From: Weeksellaceae bacterium
GTDB lineage: Bacteria > Bacteroidota > Bacteroidia > Flavobacteriales > Weeksellaceae
Length of the DNA stretch: 24,000 bases
Direction of reading: 5' to 3'
NCBI GenBank assembly: GCA_019459455.1
Contig: JAIBEX010000021.1
Coordinates: 197,576 to 221,575 of the forward strand
Shown: positions 1 through 9,400 of the stretch, one piece after another
How positions within the stretch are numbered: position 1 is the stretch's first letter
Layout: each line of letters begins with the position of its first letter
Made by a program: the position numbers and the translations under genes
Notes under the pieces: model-generated
What the model saw: only the letters and a program-made list of their open reading frames with translations
Databases searched by the model: none
What the model was told of the DNA's origin: nothing

Positions 1-821
1 ATTCGCCGGAAAGAATTGTTCCCGGAGACAAAATCAATACCCTGACCTCCATCATTAAAATCACATCGGGCTCTACGCCTGAAACGGCAGCAGCTGTTGA
101 TGCGCTGTACCGGCTGATCATCACGGCCGGAACGCACCGGGCACCCAGTATCAAGGTGGCGGAAGCGGCAAAAGCCATTGAAAATGCCCAGCGGGACCTG
201 AATATTTCCTTTGTGAATGAACTCGCGCTTATCTTTGACAGGGTTGGAATCGATACCCACGATGTGCTGGAAGCGGCCGGAACCAAGTTTAACTTCATGA
301 AGTACAAGCCCGGTCTGGTTGGAGGTCACTGCATCGCGGTAGATCCCTATTATCTGGCTCACAAGGCCGAAGCGCTGGGGTATATTCCGCAGGTCATCCT
401 GAGCGGAAGGCGTGTGAACGATATGATGGCCGGTTTCATTGCCGGCAAGGTGGTGAAGCTGATGGCCGCCAAAGGGATGGCCATTAAGGATGCCAGTGCA
501 CTCCTCCTGGGCGTGACCTTCAAAGAGAACTGTCCGGATATACGCAATACGAAAGTGGTGGACATCTACTCCGAACTCAAGCAGTTTGGACTTCAGGTGG
601 AGGTATGCGATCCCTGGGCCGATGCGTACCTTGTAAAAGCGCAGTTTGGAATTGAGACCGTTGCGGTACCTGATGATAATAAAAGGTACGACGTGATTAT
701 CCTGGCGGTCGCGCATCAACAATTTATCACCCTGGATTATGCTGCCCTCAGGAAAGAGGTTTCGGTGATCTATGACGCCAAGGCGGTGCTTGACCGGGGC
801 ATTGTGGATGGCAGGCTGTAG
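1..821 (+). CDS. UDP-N-acetyl-hexosamine 6-dehydrogenase family (WbpA/TviB-like nucleotide sugar dehydrogenase), 5'-truncated by window edge
   Basis: The frame is open from base 3 (SPERIVPGDKINTLTSIIKITSGSTPETAAAVDALYRLIITAGTHRAPSIKVAEAAKAIENAQRD...) into listed ORF 156..821. Family motifs SPERxxPGD, SGSTPE, AGTHxAxSIKVAEAAKxIEN, KFNFMKYKPGLVGGHCIAVDPYYL and GVTFKENCPDIRNTK are present, so the listed ATG at 156 is internal. Confidence 0.95.
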   Translation, partial: SPERIVPGDKINTLTSIIKITSGSTPETAAAVDALYRLIITAGTHRAPSIKVAEAAKAIENAQRDLNISFVNELALIFDRVGIDTHDVLEAAGTKFNFMKYKPGLVGGHCIAVDPYYLAHKAEALGYIPQVILSGRRVNDMMAGFIAGKVVKLMAAKGMAIKDASALLLGVTFKENCPDIRNTKVVDIYSELKQFGLQVEVCDPWADAYLVKAQFGIETVAVPDDNKRYDVIILAVAHQQFITLDYAALRKEVSVIYDAKAVLDRGIVDGRL

Positions 822-862
822 ATATTGACTTTGCAGTATTTTTCAGGTCTTCCCGGTTCTGA

Positions 863-1012
863 AGCTATAGTGTTGGTGTATACGGTAGTAAGCAGCTGGA
901 TCATGGAAAAAAATTTTCAAGCCGACATAGTGCCTCGCTGGATCTCACGGTGCCAAAAGGCCTGTACTTCATTACCGTTCAGGTTGGGGATTTAAGTTTA
1001 TCAGAGCGGGGT
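863..1012 (+). pseudogene. Possible remnant of a C-terminal type IX secretion (T9SS type A-like) sorting domain
   Basis: Start-less frame after a stop at 860-862 reads SYSVGVYGSKQLDHGKKFSSRHSASLDLTVPKGLYFITVQVGDLSLSERG. The S(L/I)DL..(L)PKGxYFIxVQ pattern resembles T9SS C-terminal domains. Confidence 0.35.
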
Positions 1013-1095
1013 CGGTGCCGGCGGCTCTTAATGGGCTGGTGCCTTAGCCTACTGACCTTTTATGACTCCTTATAATCCACTAATCCCAACTTTCG

Positions 1096-1356
1096 TCAGG
1101 ATTTATCTAATTCATTAAAATATTCGTCAAAATCAAAAAGAATATCGAACAGTTCCTTTGGACTTTTACGTAAGCCTGTAGCAATTTCTATGAACGTACT
1201 TAATTGACAATCAATTCTATTATTTGCTACATCACTGATTCTTGCCGCAGTAGTATTACATTTTTCCGCAATTTTAGTATACGGTGTATCGCCTTTGAAA
1301 TCTTTTATTTTTGCAGCAACCAACTTTTTGATTTCATCAGTCTTATATTCGTTCAT
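1096..1356 (-). CDS. Small XRE/Cro-like helix-turn-helix protein
   Basis: ORF 1096..1446. M31 (start at 1356) is the more likely start: MNEYKTDEIKKLVAAKIKDFKGDTPYTKIAEKCNTTAARISDVANNRIDCQLSTFIEIATGLRKSPKELFDILFD, an HTH pattern. Confidence 0.7.
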   Translation of the reverse strand: MNEYKTDEIKKLVAAKIKDFKGDTPYTKIAEKCNTTAARISDVANNRIDCQLSTFIEIATGLRKSPKELFDILFDFDEYFNELDKS

Positions 1357-1906
1357 AATTGCACAGTTTATGGCAATTTGAGAGTTAAAAGTAAAATATT
1401 CGTTACCGAATTCGGTAATATCAAAAATTATTATTATATTTGTCACAAGGTTACATCCAAAATGTAATTTTGCGATACTTCAACGAATATTAGAAGCTAT
1501 TGCTTAGAATCTCAAATTCGAAAACTGGTAATTTTTATCATGCGAGAGGATAAGTATAGTAGCTCACGACCTAGGCGTGGGCTCACTTATCTGCATGTAA
1601 GGTATACCAGTACCCCGAATTGGATATGTTGAGTCCCACGCTGTTTTGTATCCGGCATTCTCAATTCCCTAAGCCCCGCTTTTCTATCATAAGTATTGAT
1701 TGACACTTACAGTGGGGGTGCACAGCCACTGCGGCCTTAGGGCTTACATTATAGAACATTCATATCATCTTTTTAGTAGCAGGCCGGGAAATGCATGACG
1801 TATTTCCCCCTGTACTGAAAAAGAATGAGAAACAGATCGGCCCCAGAGACACCGCCATAGCGGTAGTCCCCAGCCCGTTCCATGTCTAACCCCACGCAAA
1901 ATCCGG

Positions 1907-1934
1907 CTTCCAGCTCCCAGCTTCCAGCCTCCCG
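1907..1934. repeat. Four degenerate 7-bp units (CTTCCAG/CTCCCAG/CTTCCAG/CCTCCCG) upstream of susC-like gene
   Basis: Read directly: cttccag ctcccag cttccag cctcccg. Confidence 0.7.
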
Positions 1935-1959
1935 GATCTTGGCTCTAAAAAAAACATCC

Positions 1960-4950
1960 ATGAACAAAAATTTCCCCCGCCTGTACGGCGCCACCGCCTT
2001 CCTTATGCTGAGCGTGTTCTGCTCCAATGCGCAGGCACAAACCCGAACGGTCTCGGGTACCGTAACCCACGACGGTAAACCCCTGTCCGGCGTCACCGTC
2101 TCTCAGGAAGGCAGGAGCGAAGCCACCGTAACCGGTGCCTCCGGCCGCTATCAGCTCACCGTAAGCGGTGAAAACCCTGTCCTGATCTTCCGCCATCCCG
2201 ATCACCCGCTCTGGCGTGAAGAAACAGGGGACCGCACAGAAATCGACATTTCCCTGGGCGAGAAAGTGCAGGAAATACAGGAAGTCACCCTCAATGCCGG
2301 TTACTATACGGTAAAGGATAAGGAACGCACCGGCAGCATCGCCAAAGTCACCGCAAAGGACATCGAAAACCAGCCCGTCACAAACGTCCTCTCCGCCCTC
2401 CAGGGCCGCATGGCCGGAGTCAGCATCACCCAGGGCGGCGGAACCCCCGGCGGGGGCTATGACCTCCAGATCCGCGGGAAGAACAGCCTGCGAAGGGAAG
2501 GGAATGAGCCCCTCTACATCATCGACGGCGTGCCCGTATTATCCGAGAGTCCCGCAAAACTGGGGCTGAGCGTCTTCCCCTATTCCGGCGTCAATCCCCT
2601 GAACGCCATCAGCCCGAACGATATTGAGAGCGTGGAGATCCTGAAGGATGCCGATGGCACAGCAATCTACGGCTCCCGCGGCGCCAACGGGGTAGTCCTG
2701 GTAACAACCAAAAGAGGAAAGAAGGGCCGCAATCTGCTGCAGGTAAACGCCTCGTATGCCCTGAGTGAAGTTGCAGGCAAAATGGACCTGATGGACACCG
2801 GCCAGTATCTGAAGATGAGGAAGGAAGCCTACGCCAACGACGGGATCACCACCTTTCCCGCCAACGCCCACGATGTGAACGGCAACTGGTCTCAGGACCG
2901 GTACACGGACTGGCAGGAGGAACTCATTGGCAAAAGGGCAGAGGCCCTCGCGGTGCAGGCCTCCCTTACCGGTGGCAGCGACACCACCACCTACCTGCTG
3001 AGCTTCGGCCATCAGGAACTGGGCACCGTCTTCCCTGCGCCCTACACCTATAAAACCAATACCGTGGCCGGAAACTTCACCTACCGCTCGCCGGACGCCA
3101 GGTGGGCTTTGGGCCTTACCAATCAGCTTTCCTTTCAGAAGAACAGCGTCATCAGCGAGGACCTTACGAATAAGACCCTGACGCTGAGTCCCAACGCACC
3201 GGCCCTTTATACCGCGGACGGCAGCCTGAACTGGGAGAACAGTACGTTTACAAATCCCATCGCGGCTTTTCTGGGCACCTACCGCAATGATACAAAGACG
3301 CTGAACACGGGCATGAACGCGGAGTACCGCCTGACGCCGCACATGAAACTCCGGCTGAGCGGAGGGATCTCCTGGCAGTCCTTTGAGGAATGGTCCCTGA
3401 AACCGCATACCGTGAACAACCCCGCTTTCGGCCTTACCAGTGCAAACTCCACGGCGTTTAAAAACAACCTGGAAAGTTTCTCCTATATCCTGGAACCCCA
3501 GTGGCAGGCCACCCGGGAGTGGGGGAGCCACAAAGTGGAGGTGCTGGTGGGCGGTACCCTTCAGCAGGCCGTAACCGGTCAGGAGGCCGTCCAGGGCTAC
3601 GGCTTTGAGAGCAATGCCCTGATGAACAACATAGGAGCAGCCAAAACAAAGGTGGTGGGTGACCAGGTGCGGGGCCAGTACCACTATGCTGCCGGATTCG
3701 GCCGCCTCAATTACCGCTGGAGGGACCGATACCTGCTGAACGTAACGGGAAGGCGGGACGGTTCCAGCCGTTTCGGGCCCAACAACCGCTTTGCAAACTT
3801 CGGTGCGGTGGGCGCCGCCTGGATTTTTTCTGAAGAAGACTTCCTGAAGGACAGCCGGTGGCTCTCCCTCGGCAAGCTGCGGGGCAGCGCGGGAACCGCC
3901 GGTAATGACCGCATCGGGGACTATATGTACCTGAACACCTATACCGTGGGCAGCTATATCTACGACGGCATCACGGGCCTTAACCCTTCGCGGCTTTATA
4001 ATCCCAACTTTAGCTGGGAGAAGACGGTAAAGACCGAAGCGGCCCTGGAGCTCGGCTTCCTTCAGAACAGGCTGCGCACCACCGCGGCCTGGTACCGCAA
4101 CCGCTCCTCCAACCAGTTGGTGGGTGTGCCGCTGCCGTATACCACCGGCTTTACTTCCATACAGGCCAACCTTCCGGCCACGATGGAAAACACCGGGTGG
4201 GAGTTTGAACTGCAGGCCCGGCCGCTGCGGGGCACCCGCGCGGTGCAGTGGGACACGGGCTTCAACATCAGCCTGCCCAAAAGCAGACTCGTGGAGTTCC
4301 CGGGACTGGAAGGCTCCACCTATGCCAATCAGTATGTGGTGGGCTACCCGGTAACCATTGTAAAGGTCTATCAGCTGGAGGGCATTGACGCGGCCACGGG
4401 CCTGTACCGCTTTACGGACTTCAACGGCGATGGTAAGATCTCATCGCCCGATGACAATAAGGTTATTGAGAAGATCGGTGTGGAATATTTCGGCGGCTGG
4501 AACAACCGCCTGCGCTACCGCAATGTGGAACTGTCCGTGCTCTTCCAGTTCGTGAAGCAGCGCAACTGGAACTACAACAGGATCATGCCCCCACCGGGTA
4601 CCATGAACAACCAGCCGGTGGAAGTGCTCAATGCGTGGTCGGCGGAAAATCCCACGGGAACCTATATGGCCTATACCTCCGGCACCAGCCCGCAGAAAAA
4701 CGCCCTTCATTCCGGTTTTCAGAACAGTACGGCTGCGGTCGGCGACGCCTCATTTATCCGGCTGAAGAACGTGCAGCTGAACTGGCGCATCCCCACCGGC
4801 CTCCGCGGACTGAAAGACGCCACCGTGTATGTGCAGGGTCAGAATGTCCTTACGCTGACGGATTACTTCGGCCTGGATCCCGAGTTCATCCTTACCGGTT
4901 ATCTGCCACCTTTGAAAACCTGGTCCGCCGGCGTGCAGCTCACCTTTTAA
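1960..4950 (+). CDS. SusC/RagA-family TonB-linked outer membrane receptor
   Basis: M27 of the listed ORF (ATG 1960) begins a signal peptide, [27 protein letters not shown]. It is followed by a CarboxypepD_reg-like domain, a plug domain ([85 protein letters not shown]-like) and a C-terminal beta barrel ending in QLTF. Confidence 0.95.
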   Translation: [996 protein letters not shown]

Positions 4951-4971
4951 GCCAAAAGCCAAAAGCCAAAA
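4951..4971. repeat. 3 x GCCAAAA heptamer immediately after the susC-like stop codon
   Basis: Read directly: gccaaaa gccaaaa gccaaaa. Confidence 0.8.
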
Positions 4972-5022
4972 GCAAACTCAACGACTTCACAACTAAACAA
5001 CTTTAACCCAAACTTTAACACA

Positions 5023-6399
5023 ATGAACCTCAAAAATACCCTCACAGCCCTTACCGCAGCACTGCTGCTCGGGCTTTTCTCCTGCGAGAAACTCATCGAA
5101 ACCGACTGGCCCAACAACCAGATCAGCACCGTTCAGGTCTTTGAAGATGTGCAGACCGCCAATGCCGCCCTGGCGGGCCTGTATGGCGGCCTCTGGAACA
5201 GCTCGCCGCTCTCGGGCGGCAGCGACGGCATGGGTGCGGTACTGGGAACCTATACCGACGACCTGAAATGTTACTACCCGACAAGTTCCAACGGCATCCT
5301 GGACATTTACCTGAACCAGCAGCTGCCCACCAACCTCATGGTGGAAAAGGTATGGGGCACCGGATACCAGTACATCTACGCCGCCAATGCCATTATGGAG
5401 GGTGCGGAAAAATCCCTGAGCCTGGGTTCCGCGGACAAAAAGCGGATAAAAGGGGAGGCCCTCTTCGTGCGTTCGGTGCTGTATTACAGCCTTCAGCGCA
5501 TCTATGGGGATATTCCCTACACCGAAACCACCGACTATGAAATCAACCGTCAGCTGAAGAAACAGCCCGGTACCGAAGTCCTTACGAAACTGGAAACCGA
5601 CCTCTCGCTGTCCACTCAGCTGCTCGAGGATGCCTACCGAAGCCCCGAACGGATCTACCCCAACAGGAAAGCCGCGGCATTGGTTCTGGCAAAGGTAAAG
5701 GCAGAACTCGGGAAATGGACCGAAGCGGAACTCCTGCTGAAGGATATCGGGCAGAGTTCCCTTTACACCTTTGAGCAGGATCTCACCAAAGTGTTCACCA
5801 AATCGAGGCTGCATATCCTTTGGCAACTGAAGCCCAAAAACAGCGGCGACGCCACGAAGGAGGCCACGCTGTACTACTTCACCAACGCCGTGCCCACTGC
5901 TTTTGCCCTGACTCCCCAACTGGTGGGAGCCTTTGCCCCGGGTGACCTGCGCAGGCAGGAATGGATGGTTCCGGTAACCGCATCTGCCCAAACCTTTTAC
6001 CGTGCGGCGAAATACAAAGTCCGCTCCGCTAATACCACCGAATACTCCGTGGTGTACCGCCTGGAGGAAGTGTACCTGCTGCTGGCCGAAGCGCTGATCC
6101 GTCAGGGTAAAGTCGGGGAGGCACTTCCGTGGCTCAATGCCACCCGTCAGCGCGCAGGGCTTCCTGCTCTTGCCCTGCCACTTACGCAAAATGAGGCCCT
6201 TACAGAACTGGAAAATGAATACCGCCGGGAATTCTTTGCCGAAGGCGGTCAGCGCTTCCTGACGCTGAAGCGCCTCGGAAAGCTTGGGAACCTCACGGCC
6301 GTGAAACCCAACTGGCAGGTCCACCATTCCCTCTGGCCCCTTCCGCAGAAGGAACTCCTCCTCAACACCAACCTGAACCCCCAAAACCCCGGTTATTGA
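5023..6399 (+). CDS. RagB/SusD-family nutrient-uptake outer membrane lipoprotein
   Basis: Lipobox LLLGLFSCEK and SusD-like sequence (VFEDVQTANAALAGLYGGLW, VWGTGYQYIYAANAIMEG, EALFVRSVLYYSLQRIYGDIPYTETTDYEINRQLKKQP, RLEEVYLLLAEALIRQGK, EYRREFFAEGGQRFLTLKRLGKL). Located directly downstream of susC-like gene. Confidence 0.95.
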   Translation: MNLKNTLTALTAALLLGLFSCEKLIETDWPNNQISTVQVFEDVQTANAALAGLYGGLWNSSPLSGGSDGMGAVLGTYTDDLKCYYPTSSNGILDIYLNQQLPTNLMVEKVWGTGYQYIYAANAIMEGAEKSLSLGSADKKRIKGEALFVRSVLYYSLQRIYGDIPYTETTDYEINRQLKKQPGTEVLTKLETDLSLSTQLLEDAYRSPERIYPNRKAAALVLAKVKAELGKWTEAELLLKDIGQSSLYTFEQDLTKVFTKSRLHILWQLKPKNSGDATKEATLYYFTNAVPTAFALTPQLVGAFAPGDLRRQEWMVPVTASAQTFYRAAKYKVRSANTTEYSVVYRLEEVYLLLAEALIRQGKVGEALPWLNATRQRAGLPALALPLTQNEALTELENEYRREFFAEGGQRFLTLKRLGKLGNLTAVKPNWQVHHSLWPLPQKELLLNTNLNPQNPGY

Positions 6400-6408
6400 G
6401 ACACCCCA

Positions 6409-6450
6409 CTCAACCTCAACCTCAACCTTAACCTTATCCTCAACCTCAGA
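6409..6450 (+). repeat. 7 tandem hexamers of CTYAAC type ending at the start codon of the S9 peptidase gene
   Basis: ctcaac ctcaac ctcaac cttaac cttatc ctcaac ctcaga, with ATG at 6450. Confidence 0.8.
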
Positions 6451-9400
6451 TGAAACAACCCACGATAAAACTCCTCCTCCTGCACCTGCTCCTGCTGTCG
6501 GCAATCCTTGATGCTCAGGACCGCCATGAAAATGAACTGGCCGGTATTATTGCCCGCACGGAGATACCCGGGCACCTCAAGGGCGCTCCCGGTGGCCGGT
6601 GGGTGGCATGGCGGAAGACCTATGATACGAGGAACGATACGCTGCGGATTCAGAATACGCTGAAGCCCGCGCGTTTTTTCCACCGTCTGCACATCCGCGA
6701 CTACGGCTTTATGCGCGGGGATGAGCTGTGGCTCCTCGGGAAGGACGGACAGGCGGAATGGCTGAATATGGATACAGGAAAGGCGGTGCGGTACAGCGGG
6801 GTGGCGGCAGTGCAGTACCTGTCCGCACGGGACCTCCTCCTCCTGCACCACACACCGGATGCCGGAAACCGGATGGTCATACTGGACCGGAAGGGAAGGC
6901 CGGTGTGTACCGTGGAGGACGTGGTGCGGTTTACCGTAACTCCGGAAGACACCGTGCTTGCCGTAACCGGCCCTAAGGGTGGTCCGTACAGGGTGGTGAA
7001 AACCGCGGGCACCGGTCCGGTACAGGAGGTGTTCCGTACAGATAAGGAGGTCACAACCACGCTCAGCCCGGCGGGTGCGCAGGGTGTGCTGGCAATCGTG
7101 GCCGATGCCGGTACGCGTGATGCCGTATTTGTGGAATCCGCCACCGGCAAGGTGCACCGCCTCTCCGCACTGGTGCCAGGGCCGTTTAAAAGTGTCGTGC
7201 CGGAACTGCCGGCCGGAGGCGAAGGCTTTCTGCTGAAACTGATCTCCTCGGCACCGCCAAAGCAGACAGAGCTGCCCGATATATGGTACGGGAGCGACCG
7301 GAACCTGCAGCAGAAATTCTATCCGGACCGCACGCAGACCGTTATTTGGCATCCCGCCCGCAACACCGTGGACGATTTCGGGGGCTACCGCTTCAGCCGC
7401 TCCTTCGGAGTGAACAGCGGACGGTATTTCCTGAGTTTCGACGAAACGGCACTGCAGGATTATACCGAGCTTTACCCGCCGCTGAAAATGTACAGGTACG
7501 ACGCGGTCACGGGATCACATGCGGTAATGGATACCATCAGCCGGGAACTGTTCGCAGATCCCAACGGAAAGTGGCTGCTGGCCCCTGTGGCCGGACGAAT
7601 ACCTGTTGCCGATTACAGAGATCCTAAAGTAGCCCGATGGCATCTTTATGAAACTGCCGGCGGAAGAAAGACCGTCCTGAACAGTGCGGGGCTGGGGGCT
7701 CCGTATTTCACCGGTTCGGGCACCATTTTATTCGACGGCGATGGGGGTATCCGCAGCTACCTGCCCGCACAGAATAAACTGCAGATGATGGCCCCGTTTG
7801 AAGGATGCCGCGTAAAGATCCTGAACGGAACCGCAACGGCCCTGCTGCAGCCCTTCCGGTTTTTTACCCCGGCAGTGAATGAAGACCAGCCCCTTTTGCT
7901 GGAAGTGACCGAAAAAGAGACCGGCAGGGTGATGTTCGCCCTCCGCCACCGGGGCATCACCACCGTTATTGTTCCGTTCACCGCGGACCGGATCACGCAT
8001 TTTACTCCTGATGCCGGGCTGGAACGTTTTACCTGGATCCGCGAAAACCACAACAAACCTCCTGCCGTGGAAACCGCCACCCGCAGCGGGAAGGTGCGTC
8101 TGCTCTATGCCAGCAATGCAAACCGCAGGCAGGAAGCGGCCCTGCATCTGGAACTTACGACTTATAAAGGGATATCGGGCGGCAACCTGAAGGGCCTGCT
8201 GTATCGACCAGCACACTATGAAGCCGGAAAGAAATATCCCGTGGTCGTCCATATTTATGAAAACCAGAGCCGCTATGCGAACCGGTTTATTGCACCGACG
8301 CTGAAGGAATTCGTGGGCTTTAACATCCGGACCCTTACCGAAAAAGGATATTTCGTTTATCTGCCGGACATTGACTACGGGGAGGCAGGCCCCGGCCTTT
8401 CGGCACTGCACTGCGTGAACCGCGCGGTGGATGCCCTTCTGGAAAACCCGGCGGTTGATGCGGGCAGGATCGCCCTCATCGGCCAGTCCTTCGGAGGCTA
8501 TGAAACCAACTTCATTGCCACCCGGTCAGGTCGCTTCGCCACGTATATCTCCGGTAATGCGCCGGCTGATCTCGTACATAATTATCACGCTTTCAGCTAC
8601 AATTATTTCAAGCCCGGCTTCTGGCGTTATGAGACCCAGCAGTTCCGCATGGGGGTCTCTTTTGCTGCCGGTAAGCAGAAATATATTGCCAACAGTCCGC
8701 TCCACCATGCGGAAAAGGTACAGTCCCCCATGCTGCTCTGGACCGGTCTGGAGGACCGCAATGTAGACTGGGAAGAAACCCGCACCTTTTACAATGCGCT
8801 GAAGCGGAATGACAAAAAAGTGATTGCCCTGTTTTATAAGAACAACGGCCACGGCATGCAGCATGAGGATGCCATGATGGACCTGAGCAAACGCATCCTG
8901 GACTGGCTGGATTATTTCCTGAAGGGAATCCCCGCCGAATGGATAGGGAAGGAGATGGAGTCGCGGCCGGTCGCGCACCTGACCCCAGATGCAGCGCCAG
9001 AAAGTCCTGCATGGATCCGGGAAAACCATAATCTGCCTCCTGCAGTGGAAACCGTCACCCGCAGCGGGAGGGTGCGTGTACCTCAGGCTGGCAATGCCCA
9101 CCTCCGGCAGGAAGTAGCCTTACATCTCGAACTTACGGCTTATAAAGGGGTGTCGGGCGGGAACCTGAAGGGGCTGCTGTACCGTCCCGCCCATTATGAA
9201 ACCGGAAAGAAATATCCTGCGGTCGTCCATATTTACGAAGACCAGAGCCGCTTTGCAAACCGGTTCATTGCACCTACCCTGAAGGAACCGCTCGGTTTTA
9301 ACATCCGGACCCTTACTGAAAAAGGATATTTCGTTTATCTGCCGGACATTGATTATGGAGACGAAGGTCCGGGCCTTTCGGCACTGCACTGCGTGAACCG

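Noticed and set aside
2539-3684. 381-aa minus-strand ORF
   Set aside because: Lies wholly antisense to SusC coding sequence and arises from high-GC codon usage.
4993-6504. 503-aa minus-strand ORF
   Set aside because: Antisense to a convincing SusD gene; Gly/Val-rich start derives from the hexamer array and the sequence has no family motif.
6393-9101. Minus-strand ORFs 6393..7352, 7728..8411 and 8526..9101
   Set aside because: All antisense to the S9 peptidase ORF, no recognisable domain. Similar antisense ORFs recur in both duplicated halves, as expected from the duplication.
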